Numbered from the stretch's first letter, positions 36,369 through 45,021 are shown. The stretch is DNA of 64,000 bases from Burkholderiales bacterium (GCA_035651575.1 DASRFM010000055.1:3687-67686); one strand, 5' to 3'. Numbers and translations: made by a program. The notes: generated by a model from the letters alone, not told the origin.

Positions 36369-37538
36369 CTACTTCATCTTGCATTCCTGGTAGTAGGCGT
36401 CCTTGTGCTGGTCGAACACCTTCTTCACGATCTTCATCTCGGCGCCGTCCGGGCCGCCCTTCTCGGCCTTCAGCAGGTAGAAGTTCTGGATCGGATGGTG
36501 GTTGACGTTGAACTTGTACGGCCCGCGGATCGACTGGTAGTTCGCCTTCTCCATCGCGGCGACCATCGCATTCGTGTCCTTGACGTTGCCCTTCACCGCG
36601 CGCACCGCGGAGTCGATCAGCATGATCGCGTCGTAGCTCTGCGCGCCGTAGAAGGAAGGCGTGTAGCCGAACTTCTTGCGGAAATCGGCCACGTACTTCA
36701 GGCTCGCCGGCACGTTCAGGTCCGGGCTCCAGAAGCGCGCCTCGTACTGGCCGATCGCCGCGTCCTTCAGCGCGGGCAGCGTGGTCTCGTCGACGGTGAA
36801 CACCGAGTAGAGCGGGATCTGCTCGCGCAGGCCGGACTGCACGTACTGCTTGATGAACTGGATGCCCATCCCGCCCGGGTAGAAGATGAAGACCGCCTTC
36901 GGGTTCTTCGCGCGCATCTGGGTGAGCTCGGCCTGGTAGTCGAGCTGTCCCATCTTGGTGTAGACCTCGTCGACGATGTTGCCCTTGTAGTAGCGCTTCA
37001 GGCCGGCGACCATGTCCTTGCCGGCCTGGTAGTTCGGCGCCATCACGTAGAGGTCCTTGATCCCGCTTTCCTGCAGGAACTCGCCCATCGCCTCGGGCGA
37101 CTCGTCGTTGTTCCAGGACGTGGAGAAGTAGAGCTTGTTGCAGTCCTTGCCGGCGAGCGGGCTCGCGCCGGCGTTGGCGCCGACCATGATCTTGCCGGCG
37201 CCGGTGACGACCGGCACGGTCGCCATCATGACGTTCGACCAGATGATGCCGGCCATGATGTCGACCTGGTCCTTCTTCAGCATCTGCTCGGCGACCTGCA
37301 CGCCGACGTCGGGCTTGAACTGGTCGTCGCCGTAGACGACCTCGGTGTCGAGGCCGCCCACCTTGTGGTTGAGGTGATCGAGCGCGAGCTCGACCGAGTC
37401 CTTCATATGCTTGCCGATGATGCCCTGCGGGCCGGACATCGTGCTGATGAAGCCGATCTTCAGCTTCTGCTGCGCCTGGGCCTGGGTGCCGAACGCCAGC
37501 GCGCACGCCAGCGCGGCGCCGATCAATTCTCTTCGCAT
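36369..37538 (-). CDS. ABC transporter periplasmic substrate-binding protein (LivK/type-I PBP family)
   Basis: 389-aa ORF with a signal peptide MRRELIGAALACALAFGTQAQAQQKLKIGFISTMSGP... and the Leu/Ile/Val-binding-protein fold pattern. Confidence 0.9.
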   Translation of the reverse strand: MRRELIGAALACALAFGTQAQAQQKLKIGFISTMSGPQGIIGKHMKDSVELALDHLNHKVGGLDTEVVYGDDQFKPDVGVQVAEQMLKKDQVDIMAGIIWSNVMMATVPVVTGAGKIMVGANAGASPLAGKDCNKLYFSTSWNNDESPEAMGEFLQESGIKDLYVMAPNYQAGKDMVAGLKRYYKGNIVDEVYTKMGQLDYQAELTQMRAKNPKAVFIFYPGGMGIQFIKQYVQSGLREQIPLYSVFTVDETTLPALKDAAIGQYEARFWSPDLNVPASLKYVADFRKKFGYTPSFYGAQSYDAIMLIDSAVRAVKGNVKDTNAMVAAMEKANYQSIRGPYKFNVNHHPIQNFYLLKAEKGGPDGAEMKIVKKVFDQHKDAYYQECKMK

Positions 37539-37581
37539 GGTCTCCTCCTCAAAGAAATCAGTCTATTAGACCCCGCACGCC

Positions 37582-38763
37582 TTAGGCAAGGGGCGCCGCG
37601 GTCGCATCATAGGTGAAGAGCCATTCGTAGCGCTCCCGGATCCGCGGCTCGCTCCACTCGCGGTCCACGTACTCCTGCGCGCCTTGCGCGTCGGCGAGGC
37701 GCGGATTGTGGAAGCGCTTCGCGTTCTCGGCCGAGCCGAGCACCGTGCGCCGCGTGCGCTCCTTGCGCGCCGCCTCGTAGCGCTCGAGCGCTGCTGCACT
37801 ATCTTTCACTTCGGCGAGCGCGCGCGCCAGGACGAGGCCGTCCTCCATCGCCATCACCGCGCCCTGCGCGAGCATGGGGAGCATCGGGTGGCAGGCGTCG
37901 CCGAGCAGCGTGACGCGTCCTTGCGTCCAGCGCTCCATCGGCGCGCGCCCGACGAGCGCCCATTTGTAGAGCTGCGGCGCGCCGCGGATCATGCGGTGGA
38001 TGTCGTCGTGCCAGCCGGCGTAGTCGGCGGCGCAGTCTTCGGCGCTGCCGAGCGCCGTCCACGACTCGATCTTCCAGTCCGCGCGCTCGACCACGCCGAC
38101 GAAGTTCATGTACTCGCCGCGGTGCACCGGATAGTGCACCACGTGCCCGCCCGGCCCGATCCAGTTCGTGCCGACCCTGCGGCGCATGTGCGCCGGCAGC
38201 CGCTCCATCGGCACCGTGCCGCGCCAGGCGACGATGCCCGTGAAGCGCGCCTCGCCCTCGCCGAAGAGCGCCTGCCTCACGCGCGAATGCACGCCGTCGG
38301 CGCCGACGATGAGATCCGCTTTTGCCTCTTTCCCGTTCTGAAGCTTCAGGACCAGCGCCTGCGCGTCCAGGGCGGAGAGCTTCGAATCGAGGTGGATCGC
38401 GTCCGGCTTCTCGCGCCGCACCGCGTCGGCGAGGACGCCGATGAGGTCCGGCCGGTAGACCGTGAGGTAGGGAAAGCCGTAGCGCGCGATCGATTCCTGG
38501 CCGAGGTCGAAGAGCTTCCAGGTCTGGCCGGTGCTCCAGAGGCGGATCTCCTTGCCGCTCGCCTCGCACGAGAGTTCCTTCAGGGGCTCGAGAACGCCGA
38601 GCGCGGCGAGGACCCGGTTGCCGTTGGCGCTGATCTGGATGCCGGCGCCGACCTCGCGCAGCTCGTGCGCCTGCTCGTAGACGTCGACCTCGAAGCCGCG
38701 CTTCAGGAGCGCGAGCGCGGCGGTGAGGCCGCCGATGCCGCCGCCGACGACCGCGATCTTCAT
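37582..38763 (-). CDS. FAD-dependent monooxygenase, salicylate 1-hydroxylase / 3-hydroxybenzoate 6-hydroxylase-like
   Basis: 393-aa ORF. Motifs MKIAVVGGGIGGLTAALAL, LIVGADGVHSRVR, TLLGDACHPMLPMLAQGAVMAMEDG. Confidence 0.85.
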   Translation of the reverse strand: MKIAVVGGGIGGLTAALALLKRGFEVDVYEQAHELREVGAGIQISANGNRVLAALGVLEPLKELSCEASGKEIRLWSTGQTWKLFDLGQESIARYGFPYLTVYRPDLIGVLADAVRREKPDAIHLDSKLSALDAQALVLKLQNGKEAKADLIVGADGVHSRVRQALFGEGEARFTGIVAWRGTVPMERLPAHMRRRVGTNWIGPGGHVVHYPVHRGEYMNFVGVVERADWKIESWTALGSAEDCAADYAGWHDDIHRMIRGAPQLYKWALVGRAPMERWTQGRVTLLGDACHPMLPMLAQGAVMAMEDGLVLARALAEVKDSAAALERYEAARKERTRRTVLGSAENAKRFHNPRLADAQGAQEYVDREWSEPRIRERYEWLFTYDATAAPLA

Positions 38764-38777
38764 AGTAGGATTTTACG

Positions 38778-39425
38778 GTGCTCAGGCTCGACACCGTGAC
38801 CAAGCGCTTCGGCCGCCGCAGCGTGCTGAACGCCGTCTCGCTCGAGCTCGCGGCGGGGGAGTACGCCGCGGTGATCGGCGAGTCGGGCATCGGCAAGTCC
38901 ACGCTCCTCAACGTGATTGCCGGCCTCGAGCCCATGGATTCCGGGGTGGTGCTTTTCGAGGAGCGGGACGTAGCGCAGCTCAGCGACGACGCGCAGACTG
39001 CTCTGCGCCGCGACAAGCTCGGCTTCGTGTTCCAGGCGTTCCACATCCTGCCGCATCTCGACGTGCTCCAGAACGTCGATCTGCCCCTGCTTCTGCGGAA
39101 AAGAAGCGATCCGGACAAGGCGAGGGCCATGCTGGCGTCGGTCGGGCTCGCGGGACGCGAGCACTCGATGCCGCGCGAGCTCTCCGGCGGCGAGCTGCAG
39201 CGCGTGGCGATCGCGCGCGCGCTGGTCGGCGAGCCGAGGCTCGTGCTCGCGGACGAGCCGACCGGGAACCTGGACCCGGAGAACGCGCGGCAGGTGCTCG
39301 CGCTCTTTCGCGAGCAGGTGAAGGAACACGGCGCCGGCGCGCTCCTCGTCACCCACTCCGAGGCGGCCGCCGCCGGCTGCGACCGCGTCTACCGCCTGAC
39401 GGCCGAGGGCCTCTTCAGGGCTTGA
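38778..39425 (+). CDS. ABC transporter ATP-binding protein (LolD/YbbA-like), with no adjacent permease
   Basis: 215-aa ORF from a GTG start. Walker A GESGIGKST, signature LSGGELQRVAIARA, Walker B LVLADEPTGNLD. Confidence 0.85.
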   Translation: MLRLDTVTKRFGRRSVLNAVSLELAAGEYAAVIGESGIGKSTLLNVIAGLEPMDSGVVLFEERDVAQLSDDAQTALRRDKLGFVFQAFHILPHLDVLQNVDLPLLLRKRSDPDKARAMLASVGLAGREHSMPRELSGGELQRVAIARALVGEPRLVLADEPTGNLDPENARQVLALFREQVKEHGAGALLVTHSEAAAAGCDRVYRLTAEGLFRA

Positions 39426-40674
39426 AAAGCTTCCTCGCGGGAAACGGCAGCGCCTTCGCGCCCAGCGCTTCCTCGATGCGCAGGCCCTCGTTCCACTTCG
39501 CCATGCGCTCGGAGCGCGAGAAGCTGCCCACCTTGAGCTGCGGCACGCCCCAGCCGACGGCGAGGTGCACGATCGAGGTGTCCTCCGACTCGCCCGAGCG
39601 CGCCGAGACGATGGCGCGATAGCCGGCCGCGCGCGCGGCCTCCCAGCACTGCAAGGTCTCGGTGACGGTCCCGACCTGGTTGGGCTTGAGCAGGACGCAG
39701 TTGCAGGCCCCGCTATTGATGCCGATTTTCAGCTTCTCGACCTGCGTGACGAAAAAATCGTCGCCGACGACCTGGATCTTCTGGCCCGCGTCCCGGGTGA
39801 AGGCCTGCATCGCGGCGGCGTCGGTCTCGGCGAACGGGTCCTCGATCGAGACGATCGGGTAGCGCTCGATCCAGCGCATCAGCATGGCGTGCAGCTGGCC
39901 GGCGGAGAGCGCGCGGTTCTCCAGGTCGAGGTGGTAGCTGCCGCCGCGGTAGAGCTGCGTCGCCGCCACGTCGAGGGCGATCGCGACGTCCACGCCCGGC
40001 TCGAGCCGGGCATCGGAGATGGCGCCCACAAGCTCCGTCAGCGCTTCCTCGTTGGACTTGAACACCGGCCAGTAGCCGCCTTCGTCGGCGACCCCGGCGA
40101 GCGCGTTGCGCTTGGCGAGCCGAGCGCCCGCGGCGGCGTAGACCTGCGCGGTCCAGTCGAGGGCTTCCGCGAAGCTGCCCGCGCCGATGCACACGATCAT
40201 GAAGTCCTGCAGGTCCACGCGCCCGCGCGCGTGCGCGCCGCCGCCGAAGATCTGGATCTGCGGCACCGGCAGCGCGACGCGGCGCTCGCCGGCGAATTTC
40301 TTCCAGAGCGGGATCTTGCGCGACGCGGCGTCGGCCTGGGCGCACGCGAGCGAAGCGGCGACCATGGCGTTGGCGCCGAGCCGGCCCTTGTCGGGCGTGC
40401 CGTCGAGCTCGATCAGGCGCCGGTCGATCGTCTCCTGGTCGGACACCGGGAGCGCGCGCAGCGCGTCGCGGATGCGCCCGTTCAGGCTCTGGACCGCTTT
40501 CGCGGCGTCGATGCTCTTCGCCTCGCCGGATCCGGTCGAGGCGCCCGACGGGGCGATGGCGCGGCCCGAGGCGAGGGGCGTCGTGCCGCGGCCGACGATC
40601 ACCTCGGCCTCGACGGTCGCACGCCCGCGCGAGTCCCAGACCCGGCGGCCTTTTACGTCGATGATCTTTGCCAT
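39415..40674 (-). CDS. Enolase-family protein, atypical paralog (phosphopyruvate hydratase-like)
   Basis: This is the C-terminal 419 aa of track ORF 39415..41511, from ATG 40674 (MAKIIDVKGRRVWDSRGRATVEAEV...). Enolase blocks PSGASTGSGEA, GGGAHA, VADEGGYWP, ALDVAATQ, SIEDPF, VGDDFF, LLKPNQVG, LKVGS. It has SARSGESED instead of the canonical SHRSGETED, and a shortened loop after SGASTG. Confidence 0.85.
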   Translation of the reverse strand: MAKIIDVKGRRVWDSRGRATVEAEVIVGRGTTPLASGRAIAPSGASTGSGEAKSIDAAKAVQSLNGRIRDALRALPVSDQETIDRRLIELDGTPDKGRLGANAMVAASLACAQADAASRKIPLWKKFAGERRVALPVPQIQIFGGGAHARGRVDLQDFMIVCIGAGSFAEALDWTAQVYAAAGARLAKRNALAGVADEGGYWPVFKSNEEALTELVGAISDARLEPGVDVAIALDVAATQLYRGGSYHLDLENRALSAGQLHAMLMRWIERYPIVSIEDPFAETDAAAMQAFTRDAGQKIQVVGDDFFVTQVEKLKIGINSGACNCVLLKPNQVGTVTETLQCWEAARAAGYRAIVSARSGESEDTSIVHLAVGWGVPQLKVGSFSRSERMAKWNEGLRIEEALGAKALPFPARKLFKP

Positions 40675-41555
40675 GCGTCCCGCAGCGCGAGGAGCGACTC
40701 CGGCGGCCGCGCGAGCCAGGCCCGCGCGAAGCGGCGCACGCGCTCCTTCTGCGCCTCTTCCGTAAGGTATTCGACCGGCGACTTGCCGTCGACCCGGGCG
40801 AGCAGCAGGCCGGGCAGGAGCGACGCCGCCCGCGCGTCGAGCACCGCGGCGGGCTCCCACTTCACGCCGGAAAGATAGGCCGTGGTGAGCGCGTCGAAGC
40901 ACGCCAGGTAGCGCGCGCTTGCCTGCGGCACCCATACGCACTTGAGAAGCAGGTGGTTCAGGCAGAACGCGAGGTCGAACGCGGGGTCGCCATACCACGC
41001 GCACTCCGCGTCGAGGAACACGGGGCCGCGCGGGCCGGCGAGGATGTTCTTCGGGCTGACGTCGCCGTGGACCAGCGCGCGCTTCGTCGTGGCCGTCGTT
41101 TTCACCAGATCCTTCAACCGCGACGCGAGATCCGGATGCTTCAAGGAAGTCGACACCAGGTAAGGCTCGAGGCGGATGGCGTGGAAGATCCCGTCGGTCG
41201 GGAAAAGCGCGGCGATTTCCGCGCCGGTCGTCGCGGCGTGGATTGCCGCGAGCGCGGCGCCGACGCGCGCGGCGAAACCGCGGTCTGCGCGGCCGTCGCG
41301 CAACTGCTCCTTCCACACCGGATGGTCGTCCGGCGCCAGATATTGCATGGCGAAAATGCCCTGCGCGTCGTCCGCCGCCAGCACCGCCGGCGCGGCGCCG
41401 GGCACCGCCCGCGCGGCCTTCTCCATCCAGCGGTGCTCGTAGCGGTTGCGCTCGACGGGCGCTTCCCACTTCTGCGCGACGCGCAGGCGCGCGAGCGCGC
41501 GCTTGACGCACACCGGGCCGCGCGCGAGGTCCACGCGCCAGATCTCCGAGGACAC
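40653..41555 (-). CDS. Aminoglycoside-phosphotransferase-fold kinase, MtnK (methylthioribose kinase)-like; the true start is probably upstream
   Basis: 300-aa ORF from GTG 41555. Brenner motif HGDVSPKNIL and the metal-binding block FLDAECAWYGDPAFDLAF. The reading frame stays open and family-like upstream (LSQPLDFLRAAGLAAPQEEPRVDALGGG) to a CTG at 41639, with no ATG/GTG/TTG. Its 3' end overlaps the enolase-like start by 22 nt. Confidence 0.75.
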   Translation of the reverse strand: MSSEIWRVDLARGPVCVKRALARLRVAQKWEAPVERNRYEHRWMEKAARAVPGAAPAVLAADDAQGIFAMQYLAPDDHPVWKEQLRDGRADRGFAARVGAALAAIHAATTGAEIAALFPTDGIFHAIRLEPYLVSTSLKHPDLASRLKDLVKTTATTKRALVHGDVSPKNILAGPRGPVFLDAECAWYGDPAFDLAFCLNHLLLKCVWVPQASARYLACFDALTTAYLSGVKWEPAAVLDARAASLLPGLLLARVDGKSPVEYLTEEAQKERVRRFARAWLARPPESLLALRDAWQRSST

Positions 41556-41622
41556 GCCGCCGCCCAGCGCATCGACGCGCGGCTCCTCTTGCGGGGCTGC
41601 GAGGCCGGCCGCGCGGAGGAAG

Positions 41623-42876
41623 TCAAGCGGCTGGCTCAGGCCGCAGCCTCCACAGGTTGTGCCGCAGCCAGAGCCCGAGCGCGCCGAAGGCGAGCCCGAA
41701 CGCGCAGATCATGACCGGATAGTCGAGCAGGCGCACCGCCATGCCCATCGCCGCGACGCCGCTCGCCTGTCCGAGCGCCCAGGCCGAAGCGTACATCGCG
41801 ACCGCGGCGCCGCGCGCGTCGGGCGCGACCTCGGTGGCCTTGGTCTGCACCGTGTTGTGGACGAGGTAGAAGGCGATGCCGACGCCAATCGTCGAGGGAA
41901 CCGCGTAGCCCCAGTGCGGCGCGAAGGCCATCACGGAAAACAGCGCCCCGCCGAGGAGGCCGCCGGCGGCCACCAGGCCGCGCTCGCCCAGCCTGCGCAC
42001 CAGCCAGCCGGCATTCCAGGAATAGAGCAATCCGCCCACGCCGTAGCCCGCGAGCAGCACGCCGATGGCGGTGAACGACAGGCCGAACCTGAGCTGGAAG
42101 TAGGCGCCGAGGAACGAATAGGCGCCGAAGAAGAAGAAGGTCTCCGCCGCGCCGATGGCCGCGAGCCAGCGCATCGCCCGCCGCGCGAGGAGCGAGCGGT
42201 GCACCGCGAGCGGCGCGAAGCGCCCGGGGCGGGCCGCCGGCCATTCGGTGCGCGTGCGCGCGAAGAGCACTGCCGCGACGGCGACGAACACCGCGCCGAT
42301 GGCGAGGAACGACGAGCGCCAGCCGATCCAGTCGGTGAAGAGGCCGCCGAAGAGCGGGCCGAGCGTCTGCCCGAAGAGCGAGCCGGCGACGAAGCGCGCG
42401 ATGGTGATCTGGCGCTCGGCAACGGGCACGACGTCGCCGATGTATGCCATGCCGAGCGGCATTGCGGCGGAGGCGAACACGCCGGTCACGAAGCGCAGCG
42501 CGGCGAGCGAGCCGACGTCCCAGGCGGCCGCGCAGCCGAGCGCGGCGAGGCCCGCGAGGCCGGTGGCGAACGTCACCACGCGCAGCTTGCCGAAGCGATC
42601 GCCGAGCGGCCCCTGCAGCAGCACGGCGGCGGTATAGCCGAGCCCGAACGAGGTGATGATGCTCGCGGCGGCGGGGACGCTGGAATCGAAGTCCTGCGCC
42701 AGTTTGGGAAGCATCGCCTCGACGCAGCGCAGCGAGATTCCGGCGTTGAAGCTTGCGAGCGCGAGGAGAAAGATCGCCTCGCGGCTGGTCGCAATGCGGC
42801 CGGCGCTAGGGCGCAAGCCGCTCGATCCTCCAGCCCTGCGCGGCGCCGCCGGCCGCGCTGCTGCCCCCGCGCGCAT
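41623..42876 (-). CDS. MFS transporter; start uncertain
   Basis: 417-aa ORF with multiple TM segments and the MFS loop motif GPLGDRFGKLRV. TM1 (EAIFLLALASFNAGISL) begins just downstream of the pdxH stop. The only canonical upstream start (ATG 42876) overlaps pdxH by 71 nt. Confidence 0.8.
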   Translation of the reverse strand: MRAGAAARPAAPRRAGGSSGLRPSAGRIATSREAIFLLALASFNAGISLRCVEAMLPKLAQDFDSSVPAAASIITSFGLGYTAAVLLQGPLGDRFGKLRVVTFATGLAGLAALGCAAAWDVGSLAALRFVTGVFASAAMPLGMAYIGDVVPVAERQITIARFVAGSLFGQTLGPLFGGLFTDWIGWRSSFLAIGAVFVAVAAVLFARTRTEWPAARPGRFAPLAVHRSLLARRAMRWLAAIGAAETFFFFGAYSFLGAYFQLRFGLSFTAIGVLLAGYGVGGLLYSWNAGWLVRRLGERGLVAAGGLLGGALFSVMAFAPHWGYAVPSTIGVGIAFYLVHNTVQTKATEVAPDARGAAVAMYASAWALGQASGVAAMGMAVRLLDYPVMICAFGLAFGALGLWLRHNLWRLRPEPAA

Positions 42877-43459
42877 AGAGCAGCCGGTCGTGCAGCCGGT
42901 CGGCGCGTCCCTGCCAGAACTCGATTTCGTCAGGAATCAGCCGATAGCCGCCCCAGTGGGGCGGCCGAGGCGGCTCGGCGCCGTATCGGCGGCGGGCCTC
43001 CTCCAGCGCCTGCTCCAGGACGGTGCGGTCCCCGACGCGCTCGCTCTGCGCCGACGCCCAGGCGGAGAGCCGGGCGCCGAGCGGGCGCGTGGCGAAGTAC
43101 GCGTCGGAGTCCGCCGGGCTCACCTTCTCGACGCGGCCTTCGACGCGCACCTGGCGCTCGAGCTCCGACCACAGGAACACCAGGCACGCGGCTGCGTTCG
43201 CCTCGAGCTCGAGCGCCTTGCGGCTGCGATAGTTCGTATAGAAAACAAAGCCCTCGCGCTCGATGTTCTTCAAGAGCACGACGCGCGCGGAGGGCTTTCC
43301 CGCGGCGGCGGTGGCGAGCGTCATCGCGTTCGGCAGCGGCAAGCCGGCGCGCGCCGCGTCCTCGAGCCAGCGCTCGAACTGGCGCAGCGGATCGGCGTCG
43401 GCGTCGGTTTCGGAGAGACCCGAGCGCATGTATTCCTGCCGGAGATTCGCCAGATCCAC
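42806..43459 (-). CDS. pdxH: Pyridoxamine 5'-phosphate oxidase
   Basis: The track ORF extends to 43519. Alignment by eye with E. coli PdxH begins at GTG 43459 (VDLANLRQEYMRSGL...). Blocks VVLLKNIEREGFVFYTNYRSRKA, LERQVRVEG, IEFWQGRADRLHDRLLY and C-terminal IERLAP. Confidence 0.9.
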   Translation of the reverse strand: MDLANLRQEYMRSGLSETDADADPLRQFERWLEDAARAGLPLPNAMTLATAAAGKPSARVVLLKNIEREGFVFYTNYRSRKALELEANAAACLVFLWSELERQVRVEGRVEKVSPADSDAYFATRPLGARLSAWASAQSERVGDRTVLEQALEEARRRYGAEPPRPPHWGGYRLIPDEIEFWQGRADRLHDRLLYARGGSSAAGGAAQGWRIERLAP

Positions 43460-43671
43460 GCGCCGGATTCTAGTCGCTCGAGCGTGGCGCGGCCCCCACT
43501 TCCGAGGGAAAGCGCGCATCGTTCACTCTAAAAAGCGTTGACATGCCTCTCGGGATTCGGCATCTTCTCGTCACCGCGCTGCGGCAGGGCGGGGAAACAC
43601 GGGCACGAAAGCCGGGATCGAACAAACCGATTTCAAAACGCTGTTCCGTATCGTTCAGAGGAGAATCGACG

Positions 43672-43953
43672 ATGGCAAAGAAGAAGGCGAAGGGCAAGAA
43701 GCGCAAGCCGAATGCTGCATTCATGAAGGCGATGACCCCGAGCTCCACGCTCGCCGCGGTCATCGGCTCGAGCGCGATGCCCCGCACCGAGGTCACCAAG
43801 AAGATCTGGGGTTACATCAAGCGCAACGGCCTGCAGGACAAGAAAAACAAGCGCATGATCAACGCCGACGACAAGCTCAAGTCCGTTTTCGGCGGCAAGT
43901 CCCAGGTCTCGATGTTCGAGATGACCAAGCTGGTCAGCCGGCACCTGAAGTAA
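43672..43953 (+). CDS. SWIB/MDM2-domain protein with a basic N-terminal tail
   Basis: The internal ATG at 43672 of track ORF 43543..43953 is preceded by GAGGAG. Sequence MAKKKAKGKKRKPNAAFMKAMTPSSTLAAVIGSSAMPRTEVTKKIWGYIKRNGLQD...KLKSVFG... is a typical bacterial SWIB domain. Confidence 0.85.
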   Translation: MAKKKAKGKKRKPNAAFMKAMTPSSTLAAVIGSSAMPRTEVTKKIWGYIKRNGLQDKKNKRMINADDKLKSVFGGKSQVSMFEMTKLVSRHLK

Positions 43954-43970
43954 CCCGCTCTTTGCTGACG

Positions 43971-43998
43971 AAAAAGGCCGCTTCGGCGGCCTTTTTTA
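43971..43998. terminator. Bidirectional rho-independent terminator between the SWIB gene and fbp
   Basis: AAAAA, stem GGCCGC (43976-43981), loop TTCG, stem GCGGCC (43986-43991), then TTTTTT. The A-run and T-run flank the hairpin, so it can terminate both convergent genes. The fbp stop codon lies in the T-run tail. Confidence 0.75.
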
Positions 43999-45021
43999 TT
44001 TTCCGGCGTGCTTTTCCGAGTGGTACTGCGCGACGCGCTCGACTTCGTTCCTGGATCCCAGGACGACCGCGATGCGCTGGTGCAGCTTCTGCGGCTGGAG
44101 GTCGAGGATGCGCGTGCGCCCGTCGGTCGCCGCGCCGCCGGCCTGCTCGACGATGAGCGCCATGGGATTCGCCTCGTACATGAGGCGCAGGCGCCCTTCC
44201 CTGTTCTTGGCGTCGCGCGGGTACATGAAGATGCCGCCGCGCGAGAGCACGCGGAAGACGTCGGCGACCATCGAGGCGACCCAGCGCATGTTGAAGTCCT
44301 TGCCGCGCGGGCCCTGCGTGCCGGCGAGGCACTCGTCGATGTAGCGCTTCACCGGCGCTTCCCAGCGCCGCATGTTGGAGACGTTGATCGCGAACTCCTG
44401 CGTGTCCTCCGGGATGCGGATGTCCGGGTGCGTGAGGACGAAGGTGAAGGTCTCGCGATCGAGCGTGAAGCCCTGCACGCCGTCGCCCACGGTGAGGACG
44501 AAGACGGTGGTCGGCCCGTAGACCGCGAAGCCCGCCGCGACCTGGTTGCGGCCGGGCTGCAGGAAGGCCTTCTCGTCCGGCTCGCAGTAGCCGCCGGCGT
44601 CCGTCTTCGGGCAGCGCAGCACCGAGAAGATCGTGCCCACCGAGATGTTGACGTCGATGTTCGAGGAGCCGTCGAGCGGGTCGAAGAGCAGCAGGTACTC
44701 GCCGCGCGGGTAGTGCGTCGGCGTGGGGCGCGGGTCGTCCATCTCCTCGGAGGCGAGCGCGGCGAGGTTGCCGCCCCATTCGTTCGCCTCGAGCAGGATC
44801 TCGTTCGAGAGCACGTCGAGCGTCTTCTGCGCCTCGCCGTGCACGTTGTGCGTGGCCGCGGTGCCGAGGCCGCCGGCGAGCGCGCCCTTGTTGACGCGCG
44901 TGCTGATGCCCTTGCAGGCGCGCGCGATGGTCTCGATCAGCAGGCGCAGGTCGGCGTTGATGAGGTTCTTCTCGCGCTGCTTGCTGACGAGAAACTGCGT
45001 CAATGTGATGCGCTTCGCCAT
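43996..45021 (-). CDS. fbp: Fructose-1,6-bisphosphatase, class 1
   Basis: 341-aa ORF. Blocks [35 protein letters not shown]. Confidence 0.95.
   Translation of the reverse strand: MAKRITLTQFLVSKQREKNLINADLRLLIETIARACKGISTRVNKGALAGGLGTAATHNVHGEAQKTLDVLSNEILLEANEWGGNLAALASEEMDDPRPTPTHYPRGEYLLLFDPLDGSSNIDVNISVGTIFSVLRCPKTDAGGYCEPDEKAFLQPGRNQVAAGFAVYGPTTVFVLTVGDGVQGFTLDRETFTFVLTHPDIRIPEDTQEFAINVSNMRRWEAPVKRYIDECLAGTQGPRGKDFNMRWVASMVADVFRVLSRGGIFMYPRDAKNREGRLRLMYEANPMALIVEQAGGAATDGRTRILDLQPQKLHQRIAVVLGSRNEVERVAQYHSEKHAGK

Noticed and set aside
43600-43640. tRNA-like T-arm string (GGGATCGAAC) in the long pdxH-SWIB intergenic region
   Set aside because: No complementary acceptor, D or anticodon stems can be drawn around it, and the T-stem does not close. 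It is not a tRNA.
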